From a virus (Duplodnaviria; Caudoviricetes): a stretch of 35,433 nucleotides of DNA. Below are positions 7,870-16,915 of this stretch, in pieces. The position numbers and the translations under genes are program-made. Position 1 is the first letter of the stretch; every line of letters begins with the position of its first letter. Under the pieces are notes generated by a model. The model had not been told where the DNA came from. It did not search any database and was given only the letters and a program-made list of their open reading frames with translations. Location of the stretch: positions 1 to 35,433 of the IMG/VR virus record IMGVR_UViG_3300032303_001510; one strand, given 5' to 3'.

Positions 7870-8361
7870 TTGAAGATAACGATTTCAGAGCGAGAGCTAA
7901 AGTTTCTCAAAGTGCTGGCAACAGGCAGGCACTTTCTCAAGGATCAGGTCAATCCTAACCGTCCTTCCGTAGCTCGCTGGGGAAATACTCAAGCACAAGC
8001 TGATTTAATGGGTGTACTTGGTGAATATGCTGTTGCCAAGGCTTTGAAGCTGCCCTTTGACACTAGCATTAATCTGGAAGGAGATGGAGGCAAGACTGAC
8101 CTAATGCTTGGTGAGTATGACATTCAGGTCAAGTCCACCAAGTATAAGACTGGAAGGTTAGTCTTTAACAATCGTAAAGAGATTGGAGCTGATGTGTTCA
8201 TCTTGTGCTGGGTCAATGAAGAGGCAATGGAGGTTTCCATATTAGGATACATCAGGAAGCAATCAATCGAAGATTGTCTGGTGGAGATGAACCTTGGCCA
8301 TGGTAAGAGGCTAGTAGTAGAGCAGAAATTTCTCAAGTCTATCAGCATGCTCATGGCTTAA
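7870..8361 (+). CDS. PD-(D/E)xK nuclease-like protein
   Basis: GVLGEYAVA...TD...DIQVKS pattern. TTG start; lone plus-strand gene. Confidence 0.55.
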   Translation: MKITISERELKFLKVLATGRHFLKDQVNPNRPSVARWGNTQAQADLMGVLGEYAVAKALKLPFDTSINLEGDGGKTDLMLGEYDIQVKSTKYKTGRLVFNNRKEIGADVFILCWVNEEAMEVSILGYIRKQSIEDCLVEMNLGHGKRLVVEQKFLKSISMLMA

Positions 8362-8370
8362 CTTGAGAAA

Positions 8371-9237
8371 TTATCTTAGGCCTGTCCTGCCCTTCTCCTT
8401 GGCAGCCTCATACTGCTCTTTAGCCACAGGCCAGAGCTGATGTCGGCAGTTGTAGCCACCACGGTAGATGAATATAGTAGTACTATTAGTGCCAGCCATG
8501 CGCCCCTGCCAGCCTTTAAGATTAGGCCATTTTTGGACTTCTTCCTTGGTGAAGAACCTTCCAGATCTAGCCTCACAGAATGGCCTTGTGTCTGCTATGA
8601 TTGTACCTTGATAGAGGTAATACTCCACATCTAAATCATCAGCAATGGTCTGAATGTACTCAGCATTAAAGGTCATCACTGAGTCATTAGTAGTCTGCTT
8701 GATGTATCGTTCAAGAAATGCCTTCTCAGTGTCTGTTCCCTCAATGAACTTCCTGAGAGTCTTATTAAGCTCAGACCTTGTGCCAATGCCACTAATGTTG
8801 TCCTTTAGTACCTCCTGAATGGCTGTTCCAAAGTTATCCCTGATGCCAGCACCTAGCAGTGCATCCTTTGTGGTCGCAATATTCGACTCCAGGATTGCCT
8901 TGTAAAGCTCAGTCTTAGGCTTGAAATCATCAAGAATGACACTGATGTAATCATTGGATAGCTTGGCTAATTGGTCAAATCCTGCAACCACTTCAGCCAC
9001 TTGTGCCTGGTAAAGGCTATTATTGACAATGGTATCTGAAATGTCTTTCTTGAGCTTTATCATTTCCTTTAATGACTTGGCTCTATCCTTGGCATCCAGG
9101 CTAAGATTGCTGGCTAGGTCAATGACCTGATCTGATAGTTTGGCAAAGACTTTAGGAAGCGCATCATCCATGCGCTTCTCAATAGCCATCTGAAGCTCCT
9201 GAATCTTCTTGATTAATTCAAGCTGCTTCTCATTCAT
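8371..9237 (-). CDS. Minor capsid / head morphogenesis protein (MuF-like)
   Basis: DTRPFC and GGYNCRHQL motifs, directly downstream of the portal. Confidence 0.82.
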   Translation of the reverse strand: MNEKQLELIKKIQELQMAIEKRMDDALPKVFAKLSDQVIDLASNLSLDAKDRAKSLKEMIKLKKDISDTIVNNSLYQAQVAEVVAGFDQLAKLSNDYISVILDDFKPKTELYKAILESNIATTKDALLGAGIRDNFGTAIQEVLKDNISGIGTRSELNKTLRKFIEGTDTEKAFLERYIKQTTNDSVMTFNAEYIQTIADDLDVEYYLYQGTIIADTRPFCEARSGRFFTKEEVQKWPNLKGWQGRMAGTNSTTIFIYRGGYNCRHQLWPVAKEQYEAAKEKGRTGLR

Positions 9238-9238
9238 A

Positions 9239-11044
9239 TTAGATGCCTTCTGGCATTATAGGCACTAATCCTGATTGAATTTGAGCTTGCTTTTCTGCTG
9301 CTAAGACATACACATCAGCCCTCTGTTGCTGCACAGGCTTATCATACCATGAAGCATCCTCATCAACTTTCTGCATCACAAATGCAGCTAGGTTGGCACT
9401 CAGGATGTAATCTAATTGAGTGCAGCCATTGGATGCCAGAAGTACAGTCTTTTCATCTGTACTTTTAAATGGCAATGGATCAAGCTGGCTAAGTATCTTC
9501 AGGTATGTTTTCTGGATACTGTTCTCGCCATACAGCTTTTCCACATAGTCCTTCTCAATGCCTGCTGTAATTAGTGGATTAAACTTGTTGGTCATTGCCT
9601 TAGACAACTGTTCAGCTACCATGTCGGCAGTCATCACATCATAGTCAGTAGGGACAGTAATCTGAGGCAAAGCTGCCTGAATCTTATCGCTGTCCATCAG
9701 GGAAGATGCAAAAAGTGCATTATACCTTTGGAGCATGATATAGAAACAGACCTTGCGGTAAACCTGAGCCAAATGAACAGTCACAGAGAAGCAGAAGGTG
9801 TTAAGCTCCTTCCGGTCATACTCTTTAGCTATCCCTGACTGAGCTGCTGGAATCTGCCCTAATAGCTCAAGACCAATGGCTTTAAATCCTTGAAACTCCT
9901 TCTGCAAGATGTCCTCCTGGAATAGCTTGACAGTCTCAGTTGGCCTCTCAATGTAGCCAGCTGGAGGCACAGGTGGAACAAGTGGATTAGGATTGACAGC
10001 ACTTACTCTGTCAATATTAATTTCCATCAGGCCAAAAGGTGATGAACTTGCCCTTCCAGAGCCTTGGCAATCATTACAGCCTATCTTCTCATCCTTACGG
10101 TTAGTCCTAATCCCTGTGCCATTGCAGGTCTTACATGGTGACATTTTCAATGCCCACTTTTGAGGCAAGGCATGTGTTGCCCAAAGTATATTCAAGTCAT
10201 CAGTCCTAAACAGCACTTCATTCCAAGCCGGTAGGCAAGGAGCAAGCACTGAGTCATAGACTAGCTGACCATCTTCTTCTTCATAAATGATATTGCCCAC
10301 CTTGCAGGCTGGCAGATAACTGAATTGGTAAGGCAAGATGAATACCTGGAATGGCTGGTCATAGGTGTACTGATTGACCTGCCGGAAGAGCATAAGCCCT
10401 TGAGTAGTGAAGCACAAGAACTGATCCCACTTTTTGCGGTTCATATCCTTATAGTCCTCGGTCTTAGTAATGACATAATCCTCACCTTCCCAAATTAGGT
10501 CTTCAGACTCAATAATGTGAGGGTAGGGCTTTGACCAGTCCAGCATAGTAACCTGAGATGGATTTTTGACGAACTCATCATAGTCTGGCACTGTAATTAC
10601 AACGGCATTACTATCCTTTAGGTAGGTCTTTAAAAACACATTAAATAGCCACTTCTCCAGGCTTCCTGTTTTTGGCAGCTCATACTCTACATAATTCTTG
10701 AGAGTATTATCCATCAGGCCTATGCGCTCAGCAATGCCTGTCTTTTTAAAGTCAGACTCAAAAGTGATTTTAAAGTCATCAGCCTGCTGAATCTTCTGGA
10801 GAAATGTAAATACTCTCCCGGTGGCAGTTGTTGTAGGAGCTTGCCATCTTCGCCTCCTGTACTGCTTCATCCATGGCTCTTCGCTCGGATGCTGAGTAAC
10901 CAAGAGTTTTTCGGGGTACTCATTCTCAAAGTGGTACTCAAGCTCTTCAGCTTTTTCCCTAGCCTCCTCAATATAGTCGTGCCTGCCTTCTCTGATTTTC
11001 TGATCCAGCAACTTTGATAGTAGTATCCCGATTAACTCTTCCAT
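9239..11044 (-). CDS. Portal protein with a DnaJ-type zinc-finger insert
   Basis: 601 aa, upstream of the MuF-like gene, QSGIAK motif typical of portals, two CxxCxGxG repeats. Confidence 0.72.
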   Translation of the reverse strand: MEELIGILLSKLLDQKIREGRHDYIEEAREKAEELEYHFENEYPEKLLVTQHPSEEPWMKQYRRRRWQAPTTTATGRVFTFLQKIQQADDFKITFESDFKKTGIAERIGLMDNTLKNYVEYELPKTGSLEKWLFNVFLKTYLKDSNAVVITVPDYDEFVKNPSQVTMLDWSKPYPHIIESEDLIWEGEDYVITKTEDYKDMNRKKWDQFLCFTTQGLMLFRQVNQYTYDQPFQVFILPYQFSYLPACKVGNIIYEEEDGQLVYDSVLAPCLPAWNEVLFRTDDLNILWATHALPQKWALKMSPCKTCNGTGIRTNRKDEKIGCNDCQGSGRASSSPFGLMEINIDRVSAVNPNPLVPPVPPAGYIERPTETVKLFQEDILQKEFQGFKAIGLELLGQIPAAQSGIAKEYDRKELNTFCFSVTVHLAQVYRKVCFYIMLQRYNALFASSLMDSDKIQAALPQITVPTDYDVMTADMVAEQLSKAMTNKFNPLITAGIEKDYVEKLYGENSIQKTYLKILSQLDPLPFKSTDEKTVLLASNGCTQLDYILSANLAAFVMQKVDEDASWYDKPVQQQRADVYVLAAEKQAQIQSGLVPIMPEGI

Positions 11045-11058
11045 GTAACTTTAATTAT

Positions 11059-11949
11059 TTAATCTGGGCAATTAACAATCAATGTGATGGTCTCTTGACC
11101 AAATACACATCCGTACTCATTGGTCACAGTAATCGTGAAAATATAAGTGCCAACAAAACCTAGAGCATTCCATGTTAGTACTCCAGATACTGGGTCAATT
11201 TCAAGCGCAATCTCAGTAATGTCATCACTGCCATCAGCTTGCTGGATTGACCATACTTGCTCGGGCGCACCAGAGATAGCACCAATGTTCAGGACTGCTG
11301 AAAAAGATGATGACTCTGTGGTATTACATCCACTTGTAATGGTGTTGCCAACATAAGTGTTGCCAGAGCCAGTAAAGCTGATGATGTAGTATAGACCCTC
11401 AAGGAAGGTGTCTGTGTCGAATTCATAAGGCAATGAATTGACCTTACTCACCCAGTTCACAGTTACTTCAGCCATCTGGTAAGTGTTAAGGTCAGCAGTG
11501 ATGATAGGATCACCGATAACTGTCACATAATAGCCAGAGGCATCCCAAATGCGATTTGGAGTGAAGTAATAAAAGTCATAGTTCTGAGACGAGCCAAGAA
11601 TGTCATTGTAGAACTGAACATTGCTCTGAACAACACCCTGCATGTCCTGGTAAGTCAGGGTGTGAGTCTTGGCAAGAGCCTTGGTGTTCTGCATGCCTCG
11701 GCCAGCAGTAGTTGCTGTTTCAGGCTTTGGCTTTTCTCCTGATGTGTTGAACACAAGGTAAGCCTCACCATTCAGGTAGCGGTCATAAAGAGCAGCAATC
11801 CACAGGTCAGCAGTAGACTTTTCTTGAGAAGTTAAGGCAGCAGACTTACGCACATAAGCCACCGCCACAATTTTATTCTGAAACTCCGGATCACACAGGA
11901 AGTTCTGATAGCACCCAACATCGGGGCATGTTAATGAAAATATTGACAT
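11059..11949 (-). CDS. Putative major tail tube protein with a C-terminal Ig-like domain
   Basis: 296 aa, beta-rich; IDPVSGVLTW...GTYIFTITVTNEYG Ig-like end. Confidence 0.6.
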   Translation of the reverse strand: MSIFSLTCPDVGCYQNFLCDPEFQNKIVAVAYVRKSAALTSQEKSTADLWIAALYDRYLNGEAYLVFNTSGEKPKPETATTAGRGMQNTKALAKTHTLTYQDMQGVVQSNVQFYNDILGSSQNYDFYYFTPNRIWDASGYYVTVIGDPIITADLNTYQMAEVTVNWVSKVNSLPYEFDTDTFLEGLYYIISFTGSGNTYVGNTITSGCNTTESSSFSAVLNIGAISGAPEQVWSIQQADGSDDITEIALEIDPVSGVLTWNALGFVGTYIFTITVTNEYGCVFGQETITLIVNCPD

Positions 11950-11953
11950 AGTT

Positions 11954-14107
11954 TTAACAAGTTAAACAACTTGAGTTCCTGGGCTGGAAGCCCTGAAGTA
12001 GTGCCTGAAACTTGACTTGCGCCAAAGTCTCAAATGATGATTGTGTAGTGAAATCCTGAATGGTGGCAACATCAATATCTCCCTTCACAAATATTGGTTT
12101 CATATCCCAGACTAAGTAACTGTGTCGGGTGGCATCGACAAGTGCTAATTGAGTATCCTGGTCTAAGAAATCCGTATGCAAATCTAATGATAAATCCTGC
12201 TTATTCTGAGGCCTCTTGTGAACTCCATTGCTCTGCCTGTATAGGTTTTCCTCAATGATAGGTTTAGCCCCTCCACCATTGATTCCAAGCCTAACTCGCT
12301 GCTTCCAGCCATTGAAGTACTCAAAGCCCTGTGCCATGGTGTTGTCATCTGACCAAAACTCCAGCATAGTGCTGAAGCAATCTGCTCTATCAATGTTGAT
12401 GATGTTGCTCAGTGAATACAGGTATGGCTGATCCTCAATTATATCATAAAGTCCTAGCCGATAACAACCATCCTTTACTGCTGGAATTGTGCATGTGGCA
12501 TAGAACTGAGACGGAGTAGCTGCCTGCTCATAAATGGCAGGCTTGATAAAGTAAACAGTCTCACCTGAGCCTTCATAATATGTCCAAGCAGTAATAGAGC
12601 AGAAGCAGATTGGAGTGCTGGTCAAAGTATAAGTAAATATGACTCTGCCTGTTTCATCAAGCTCAACCACTACACTGAGATAGTCAGGCCATGCAAGCCC
12701 TTCAACTACTGATTTGAATTCACTAAAATCACCTGTGGTAAGTCCACTAACTGGAATGGAAGCAAGAACATCGCCTATGACATTACCATCGCAATCAGTC
12801 ATCTGGAAATTGACAGTGTACTCTGGAGTATAATTAGCATCGTACCAATCTTGATATGTGCCTCTAACTCCGAAATTGCCATACATGCCCAATCCTGTAA
12901 TGATAATCGGTGGAGATGATGCATTGCCAACTTGCTGCACAAACTGACCTGACTCACTGAACAAGCCTACCTTAACTGAAGTAAGGCTAGTTAGATTGCC
13001 TGTGTCATTAGGCACATTAAACTGAAATATATCACCAGGAATGGCAGGCATGGCATAAAACTCAGAACTTACATAGCAATCTGATATGAAGTCGCACAGG
13101 TCAAAATCATACCAAGTATCTAAATAAATATACCTTGAGCCTGATGTAGGCTGATAGGGCAGCTGAGTAGATGAAGAATAAGTAGTAATGAACTCACTTG
13201 TCAAGTCGCTGCCAATGTCATTGACAAACCTTTGCCAAGTCCATGATCCATCCAGCCTGCCAACCAAGGCAAATACTCTGCTGCCTCCACTAGATAGCGT
13301 TACCTGAATGCGCTGGTAGCCTACTGAGTTAAAGACATAAGACTTAGTCCAGCCCTCCGGCATTACATAGGCATTATAGGTGTCTTGAATTGCCAGATAG
13401 CTTGTGTCAGCCAATGAAGTGCTGATAAGCTGCTCCATAAAGGTGATGGCAAACTTATCTTCTGCACTCAGAGCTGGCAATGTGAATCTTCTGGCATTCA
13501 ATTTAGGTAAGGTGTCAGCCGGAAGCCTGCTGATTGACCCATTGCTATTGAGCTGAAGTGTGCTAGCCCTGGCTAATCCACTTGTCGCAAAACCTGTGAC
13601 TAAATCATAGCTATAATATAGCGGAAATATAGCTGAGCCATAATCATTGGCAATGGTAAGAGCATTCACTCCATTGTCTTCAGCGGTAACTTGAGCAGTA
13701 TCAAATGAACCGTAGTAAGAGCCAACATTAAAAACATTAGCATTTCCTCCATTAACTATCTGACTTATTGGATCAAATGTGCCATTGATTGTTACTACCT
13801 GACTAGAATCTAATGCCGACAAATCAACATCTTGAATGTTGATATTGTACTCCCACTGAGGAGTATCTGGTATCTTACTGATGGTGGTTGTGAAGTTGCC
13901 AAATACCGGAAACTCATTGTAAGGCTTAACCAATGCCCTGACATCTGCATAAAATTGACTAATTGTTTTACCAGCTGCATTACCTGGTAGCCAAGCCAGC
14001 AACTCAACATAAAAGTCATTTAGCTGATTGCTGGATACCTGATTCTGTGGATAAAAACCAGTATTCCAAGCCGGAGAGAAGCGGTAGAATGGATGTGGAT
14101 TAGACAT
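11954..14107 (-). CDS. Putative minor tail structural protein
   Basis: 717 aa, acidic and beta-rich, between the fiber and tail tube genes. Confidence 0.6.
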   Translation of the reverse strand: MSNPHPFYRFSPAWNTGFYPQNQVSSNQLNDFYVELLAWLPGNAAGKTISQFYADVRALVKPYNEFPVFGNFTTTISKIPDTPQWEYNINIQDVDLSALDSSQVVTINGTFDPISQIVNGGNANVFNVGSYYGSFDTAQVTAEDNGVNALTIANDYGSAIFPLYYSYDLVTGFATSGLARASTLQLNSNGSISRLPADTLPKLNARRFTLPALSAEDKFAITFMEQLISTSLADTSYLAIQDTYNAYVMPEGWTKSYVFNSVGYQRIQVTLSSGGSRVFALVGRLDGSWTWQRFVNDIGSDLTSEFITTYSSSTQLPYQPTSGSRYIYLDTWYDFDLCDFISDCYVSSEFYAMPAIPGDIFQFNVPNDTGNLTSLTSVKVGLFSESGQFVQQVGNASSPPIIITGLGMYGNFGVRGTYQDWYDANYTPEYTVNFQMTDCDGNVIGDVLASIPVSGLTTGDFSEFKSVVEGLAWPDYLSVVVELDETGRVIFTYTLTSTPICFCSITAWTYYEGSGETVYFIKPAIYEQAATPSQFYATCTIPAVKDGCYRLGLYDIIEDQPYLYSLSNIINIDRADCFSTMLEFWSDDNTMAQGFEYFNGWKQRVRLGINGGGAKPIIEENLYRQSNGVHKRPQNKQDLSLDLHTDFLDQDTQLALVDATRHSYLVWDMKPIFVKGDIDVATIQDFTTQSSFETLAQVKFQALLQGFQPRNSSCLTC

Positions 14108-14315
14108 TGGATGTCAATGTATCATAGATCATCTGTGCCGATGTTTGGATAACATCATTGATGGTAGTTTCATTTTCAACCAATGTAATTGTGCAATCAT
14201 TTAAATCATTATTGACATCAATATTAACTGCATTTCCAATTATTATATAGTTGCCATAAGTCAATTCCTGACCTCTGTATATTAACTTATTATCTTTTAA
14301 ATTAATTTTTTCCAT
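14100..14315 (-). CDS. Small AT-rich protein after the tail fiber (possible fiber-associated chaperone)
   Basis: 71 aa, TAATG-coupled to the fiber gene and sharing the low GC of its C-terminus. Confidence 0.6.
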   Translation of the reverse strand: MEKINLKDNKLIYRGQELTYGNYIIIGNAVNIDVNNDLNDCTITLVENETTINDVIQTSAQMIYDTLTSNV

Positions 14316-16915
14316 TACATTGGTGATGTTGAAATTATGACATTAGTAACATTTCTAGTTGCAGATGCTCCAACCCATAAAACAATATATTGATTTACTG
14401 ACCAATTAATACTGGTAGTGGTAGAACCTAAAATACTTTGAGTTGTCATTGGATTTAGTAAGTATCTAGTTAAATCTCCACTACCTCCTCCAAATAAATT
14501 AAATCCAATTGTAACACTTTGTGCTGCATTTGAAGGCGACATACTAGATGATAAAACAGTTACTCCTCCAATAGCTGGAGTTGTATTAATGCTTAATGAA
14601 TAATTAATTCCGGTTGTTGTAACTGATGAAATTATTTTAAGCATTAATAAGAATGCATTATTAGAACTAAATGTTCCTGCCGGAATTATTAATGTTTCAA
14701 CAATGGTATTACCTGTTGGATTAGTTACTGTTGTTGCAGTTGTATTCTTTAAATATTGAAGAACCAGAGCTCCTCCATTATTAACCCAGGATAAAACACC
14801 TGAACCATTAGTCTGAATCACAGTTCCTGCAGTACCATCTGAATTAGGTAGAGTAAATGTAGTGTCTGCCGCTACTGTTGCCGGGGCTTTTAAACCGATG
14901 TAGTTAGTTCCTGCTCCACTTGGCTCAATAAGCCTAATCTCTCCTGCACTTGCTCCATTACCAAAAGTCTTTATACCGGCTAATGTTTGCGCTCCTGTGG
15001 TGATTAAGCCCTTGGTGCTTGCACTTGCATCTGGAATTGTAAATGTGTGAGTATTACTTGAAGATGTAATGGTCATATCTGAACTACTCAGAGTCTGAGT
15101 TGCCCCTGTCTGAGTTGGCCCAGTAGTGCCTACCATTCCAGTAATCCCAGTCCCTGCCATTATTCCTGCCTGTTGGGTTACAGTAAATATTGCAGAGGCC
15201 GTAGATGGAGGAGGATTACCTGCGGCTATAAATGGCATAGTGACTGAAGTACTCGTAGTACTCCACACAAGTTCATAATATTGACCGGCAGATAAACTGA
15301 GCAGATAATTCCATGATGGCAATACATGACCATTAATCCCTCCATGTTTTCCCACTACTGCGACAAATCCTGAACTTCCTGGAACATCTACTCCATTTAG
15401 TCTTAGCCAAATAGTTACATCATGCTCCTGTGTATCAGAGTTTTCAAGTTGTACTGAAAACTGAAGATTATAGATTCCGGCATTTGCAAAGGTTATTCTT
15501 GAATCACTAACAACAGTTACCTGATTGCTTAGATCCATTGTCCTAAACTTAATTGGATAACCGGTATTTATTAAAGCTGCAGTTTGTGTGTTATTATCCT
15601 GATATTGAGCATAATATCCAGTAGCACTTGCTCCTGCCGGAGTTGCCCATACATTGTCACCTCGCAGAAATGTAGTCGATGAAGGTGAGCCTGTTGCAGA
15701 TAGTTTTGAAACCCCAACCACACTATTGGCAATGGTAGCCGCTACTGACCCACTTCCAGATGCAGTTACATCTCCGGTAAGAGCAGTAATGCCTCCTCCT
15801 GTTCCATTTGCAGCAGCAGTAATTCGACCTTGTGAATCAACAGTTATGTTGGCATTCGTATAGCTATTAGGAGTAACCGCAGTATTGGCAAGTGCAATAG
15901 TTCCTGAAGTTGTTATTGTTCCACCAGATAAACCAGTTCCTGCCGTTATGCTTGTAATTGTTCCTGTTCCCCCACTTGCATTCAAGGTAGAACCAGACAT
16001 TGTCAGGTTAGACCCAAGGCTAATTTCCTGAATATTTAGAGTAGTATCAGAAGTGCCAAGTAGAATTTTATTAGCAGTTCCTACCGCAGGTTCAATGGAT
16101 GTCGCAGAGGCAAACTGAGTGAAATTCCCTGCACTTGGACTTCCCGTAGCAGTAACATCGCCCTTGCCATTAAATGTACTCCAATCAGATGAACTTAAAT
16201 AGCCATCATTTGAGCCATCGGCCTGAGAGATGCTAATATCTGGGTCAGTTGCAGTCCCAGAATCTGATAATGGAGCATTGACTGAAACTGAGGTTACTGT
16301 TCCACTGCCCTTATTATTGAAGGTAGTCCAGTCAGTTGAACTCAAATATCCATCCGTTGATCCATTGGCTTGTGGGATGCTTATGTCTGGTGTTGTGCCT
16401 CCGGTACTTGATAGTGGAGCAGATGCAGTCACATCAACCACAAGACCACTGCCAGCACCAGCACCAGGGAAGTAGCCTACCATGCGCCAATTACCTCCAC
16501 CCTCTGAGATAATCATGCAGCAGTCATTTGGCACTGCTGTCTTCGTATTTCCTGAAACTACTCCTGGAATAATGATGGCAGCAGAAGCTCGAATATTAGC
16601 AGCATTATCAAAGGTTAGCACAAATCTTGCACCCTTTTGAACTGTGCCAAAGCTGGTGATTAAGGTTGTGCCTGTGATGTGGATAAAGTTGCCATTGGCT
16701 AAACTTAGGTCAGTAGTTGCCCCAGCTACAATAGCATCACCTCTATTCTCATAGATCGCATTCTCAAGCCCGCTAATGTCCTTCTGAGTGACAAATGAAT
16801 CAATGCCATTGGTGATCCAATCCCTCAAGTCCTGCGGGCTAATAAGCTGGCTGGTGTTGTCAGGGAAATTGGTTGCTGAGTCTGTGCTGAGTTGCGCTCT
16901 GGTTCTATTCGCCAT
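14315..16915 (-). CDS. Tail fiber / receptor-binding protein
   Basis: 866 aa, G/S/T-rich, with GYLSSxDWxTFNxKG repeats and NITVDSQGRITAA, GTITSITAGTGL fiber motifs. Start at MANRTRAQ. Confidence 0.85.
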   Translation of the reverse strand: MANRTRAQLSTDSATNFPDNTSQLISPQDLRDWITNGIDSFVTQKDISGLENAIYENRGDAIVAGATTDLSLANGNFIHITGTTLITSFGTVQKGARFVLTFDNAANIRASAAIIIPGVVSGNTKTAVPNDCCMIISEGGGNWRMVGYFPGAGAGSGLVVDVTASAPLSSTGGTTPDISIPQANGSTDGYLSSTDWTTFNNKGSGTVTSVSVNAPLSDSGTATDPDISISQADGSNDGYLSSSDWSTFNGKGDVTATGSPSAGNFTQFASATSIEPAVGTANKILLGTSDTTLNIQEISLGSNLTMSGSTLNASGGTGTITSITAGTGLSGGTITTSGTIALANTAVTPNSYTNANITVDSQGRITAAANGTGGGITALTGDVTASGSGSVAATIANSVVGVSKLSATGSPSSTTFLRGDNVWATPAGASATGYYAQYQDNNTQTAALINTGYPIKFRTMDLSNQVTVVSDSRITFANAGIYNLQFSVQLENSDTQEHDVTIWLRLNGVDVPGSSGFVAVVGKHGGINGHVLPSWNYLLSLSAGQYYELVWSTTSTSVTMPFIAAGNPPPSTASAIFTVTQQAGIMAGTGITGMVGTTGPTQTGATQTLSSSDMTITSSSNTHTFTIPDASASTKGLITTGAQTLAGIKTFGNGASAGEIRLIEPSGAGTNYIGLKAPATVAADTTFTLPNSDGTAGTVIQTNGSGVLSWVNNGGALVLQYLKNTTATTVTNPTGNTIVETLIIPAGTFSSNNAFLLMLKIISSVTTTGINYSLSINTTPAIGGVTVLSSSMSPSNAAQSVTIGFNLFGGGSGDLTRYLLNPMTTQSILGSTTTSINWSVNQYIVLWVGASATRNVTNVIISTSPM

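Noticed and set aside
16150-16430. Repeats in the tail fiber as a diversity-generating retroelement target or CRISPR-like array
   Set aside because: They are in-frame protein repeats (GYLSSxDWxTFNxKG). No reverse transcriptase, template repeat or spacer structure is present.
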